Assembly: GCA_045106895.1 (NCBI GenBank)
Contig: JBGCFM010000056.1
Span: forward strand, 1-15,977
DNA from: Polyangiales bacterium
GTDB taxonomy: Bacteria; Myxococcota_A; Polyangia; Polyangiales; Houyiibacteriaceae
DNA length: 15,977 nucleotides
Direction of reading: 5' to 3'
Shown here: positions 15,159 to 15,977 of the stretch, piece by piece
Position numbering within the stretch: position 1 is the stretch's first letter
How the letters are laid out: each line of letters opens with the position of its first letter
Translations under genes and position numbers: made by a program
Notes under the pieces: generated by a model
What the model saw: the letters and a program-made list of their open reading frames with translations, nothing else
Told to the model about the DNA's origin: nothing
Databases searched by the model: none

Positions 15159-15464
15159 CTAGCGTCCGTCGATCCAAGGAGAAGGGGAGCAATACGCGCC
15201 GTCGCGGCCTCCCTCGGAGCAGCCTGTGAAGCCGAGACTTGTGCAGTCGACGCTCTCCGTGCGGCCGTCGCGGCATCCCGGGTCGATATCGCCTCCCGAA
15301 GGAAAGTTCGGGGCGAGGGCTGAGTCGATGGCGCCCACGTCCCTCGGGTCAGGCCCAACATCCAGAACGTCAGAACCCGCGTCACCGGCGGCGTCCAGGT
15401 AGGAGCCATCGGCCGCGGGCCCTGCGTCGGTAGCGGCGTCGTTGACGGAGGCGTGGCGCTTCAT
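15159..15464 (-). CDS. short hypothetical protein or remnant of a Cys-rich exported protein
   Basis: 101 aa filling the gap between two minus-strand genes; DAG-rich tether plus DCTSLGFTGC; no signal peptide. Confidence 0.4.
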   Translation of the reverse strand: MKRHASVNDAATDAGPAADGSYLDAAGDAGSDVLDVGPDPRDVGAIDSALAPNFPSGGDIDPGCRDGRTESVDCTSLGFTGCSEGGRDGAYCSPSPWIDGR

Positions 15465-15500
15465 AACGCCACGCTATCATCTCCCACACCCCCTCAGAGA

Positions 15501-15977
15501 CTACTCGGGAAGCGAAGCGCGGTTTGCTTCGTACCAAGCGTTCGCGGCGGTGGCCGCAGCGGCGAGGTCGTCATCCTTGGTGCGACCGTTGATGTCGTAC
15601 TCGAACATGGTCTCTCGGTTGTGGTGGCGGCTGAGGTTCTTGATGGCGTAAAGCGCGGAGTCGCGGACCTGCGACCACGCGGAACCATCGTGGTGAACGC
15701 GGCCGCTGGTTCCGGCGAGGGTGGTCCAGCCCGAGATGTTGTACGTGTTGGGCGTTGCGTCGGCGAGAAGCGGAATCATCGTGTGAATGGCGGCGACGTT
15801 CTGCAGGTCGCTGCTCGCGCTCATGCCTTCGGCCTTCACGTAGGGGTTCTCGTCCGCCATCAGCTCGATGGCGCGAGCCGTCGCCGCCACGCGCTCGGGC
15901 TCGCCTTCGTTCATGCGTCGCGTGAGCGTAGCGAGGAGGCCCATGGCGCGGCCACGAACACCTGGGTCTGCGTGCCG
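15501..15977 (-). CDS. 5'-truncated HEAT-repeat-like protein (C-terminal part)
   Basis: The frame is open to the window edge. RHADPGVRGRAMGLLA and MADENPYVKAEGMSA are HEAT-like units. Confidence 0.65.
   Translation of the reverse strand, partial: RHADPGVRGRAMGLLATLTRRMNEGEPERVAATARAIELMADENPYVKAEGMSASSDLQNVAAIHTMIPLLADATPNTYNISGWTTLAGTSGRVHHDGSAWSQVRDSALYAIKNLSRHHNRETMFEYDINGRTKDDDLAAAATAANAWYEANRASLPE

Noticed and set aside
1..15977. CRISPR array, tRNA/rRNA, transposase, integrase or recognisable defence genes
   Set aside because: No regularly spaced repeats, structural RNA signatures or such protein motifs were seen by eye.

Overview
GC-rich (~65%) bacterial chromosomal window. The AgmX/PglI-type domain, DAG-linker Cys-rich lipoproteins, IPT/TIG and IgGFc-binding proteins suggest Myxococcota, possibly Polyangiales-like (inference). 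The left 9.6 kb is all + strand: a 5'-truncated AgmX/PglI-C + TPR protein, a lipoprotein, a TIGR02147/DUF4423 HTH-like protein preceded by a perfect palindrome, then four consecutive lipoproteins ending in a coupled IPT/TIG + IgGFc-binding pair. The right part holds a VOC protein, an SMI1/KNR4-like protein, a PlsC-type acyltransferase, an MmcQ/YjbR gene, a two-domain hypothetical, an SDR, a GH5 mannanase-like lipoprotein, a short ORF and a truncated HEAT-repeat protein. The most striking feature is a 58-bp, double-hairpin insertion flanked by CTT direct repeats that splits the MmcQ/YjbR gene between ...EDHP and WGES...; removing it restores a clean 124-aa ORF. No rRNA, tRNA, CRISPR array or transposase was seen. 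All family calls come from motif recognition by eye, not from database searches.
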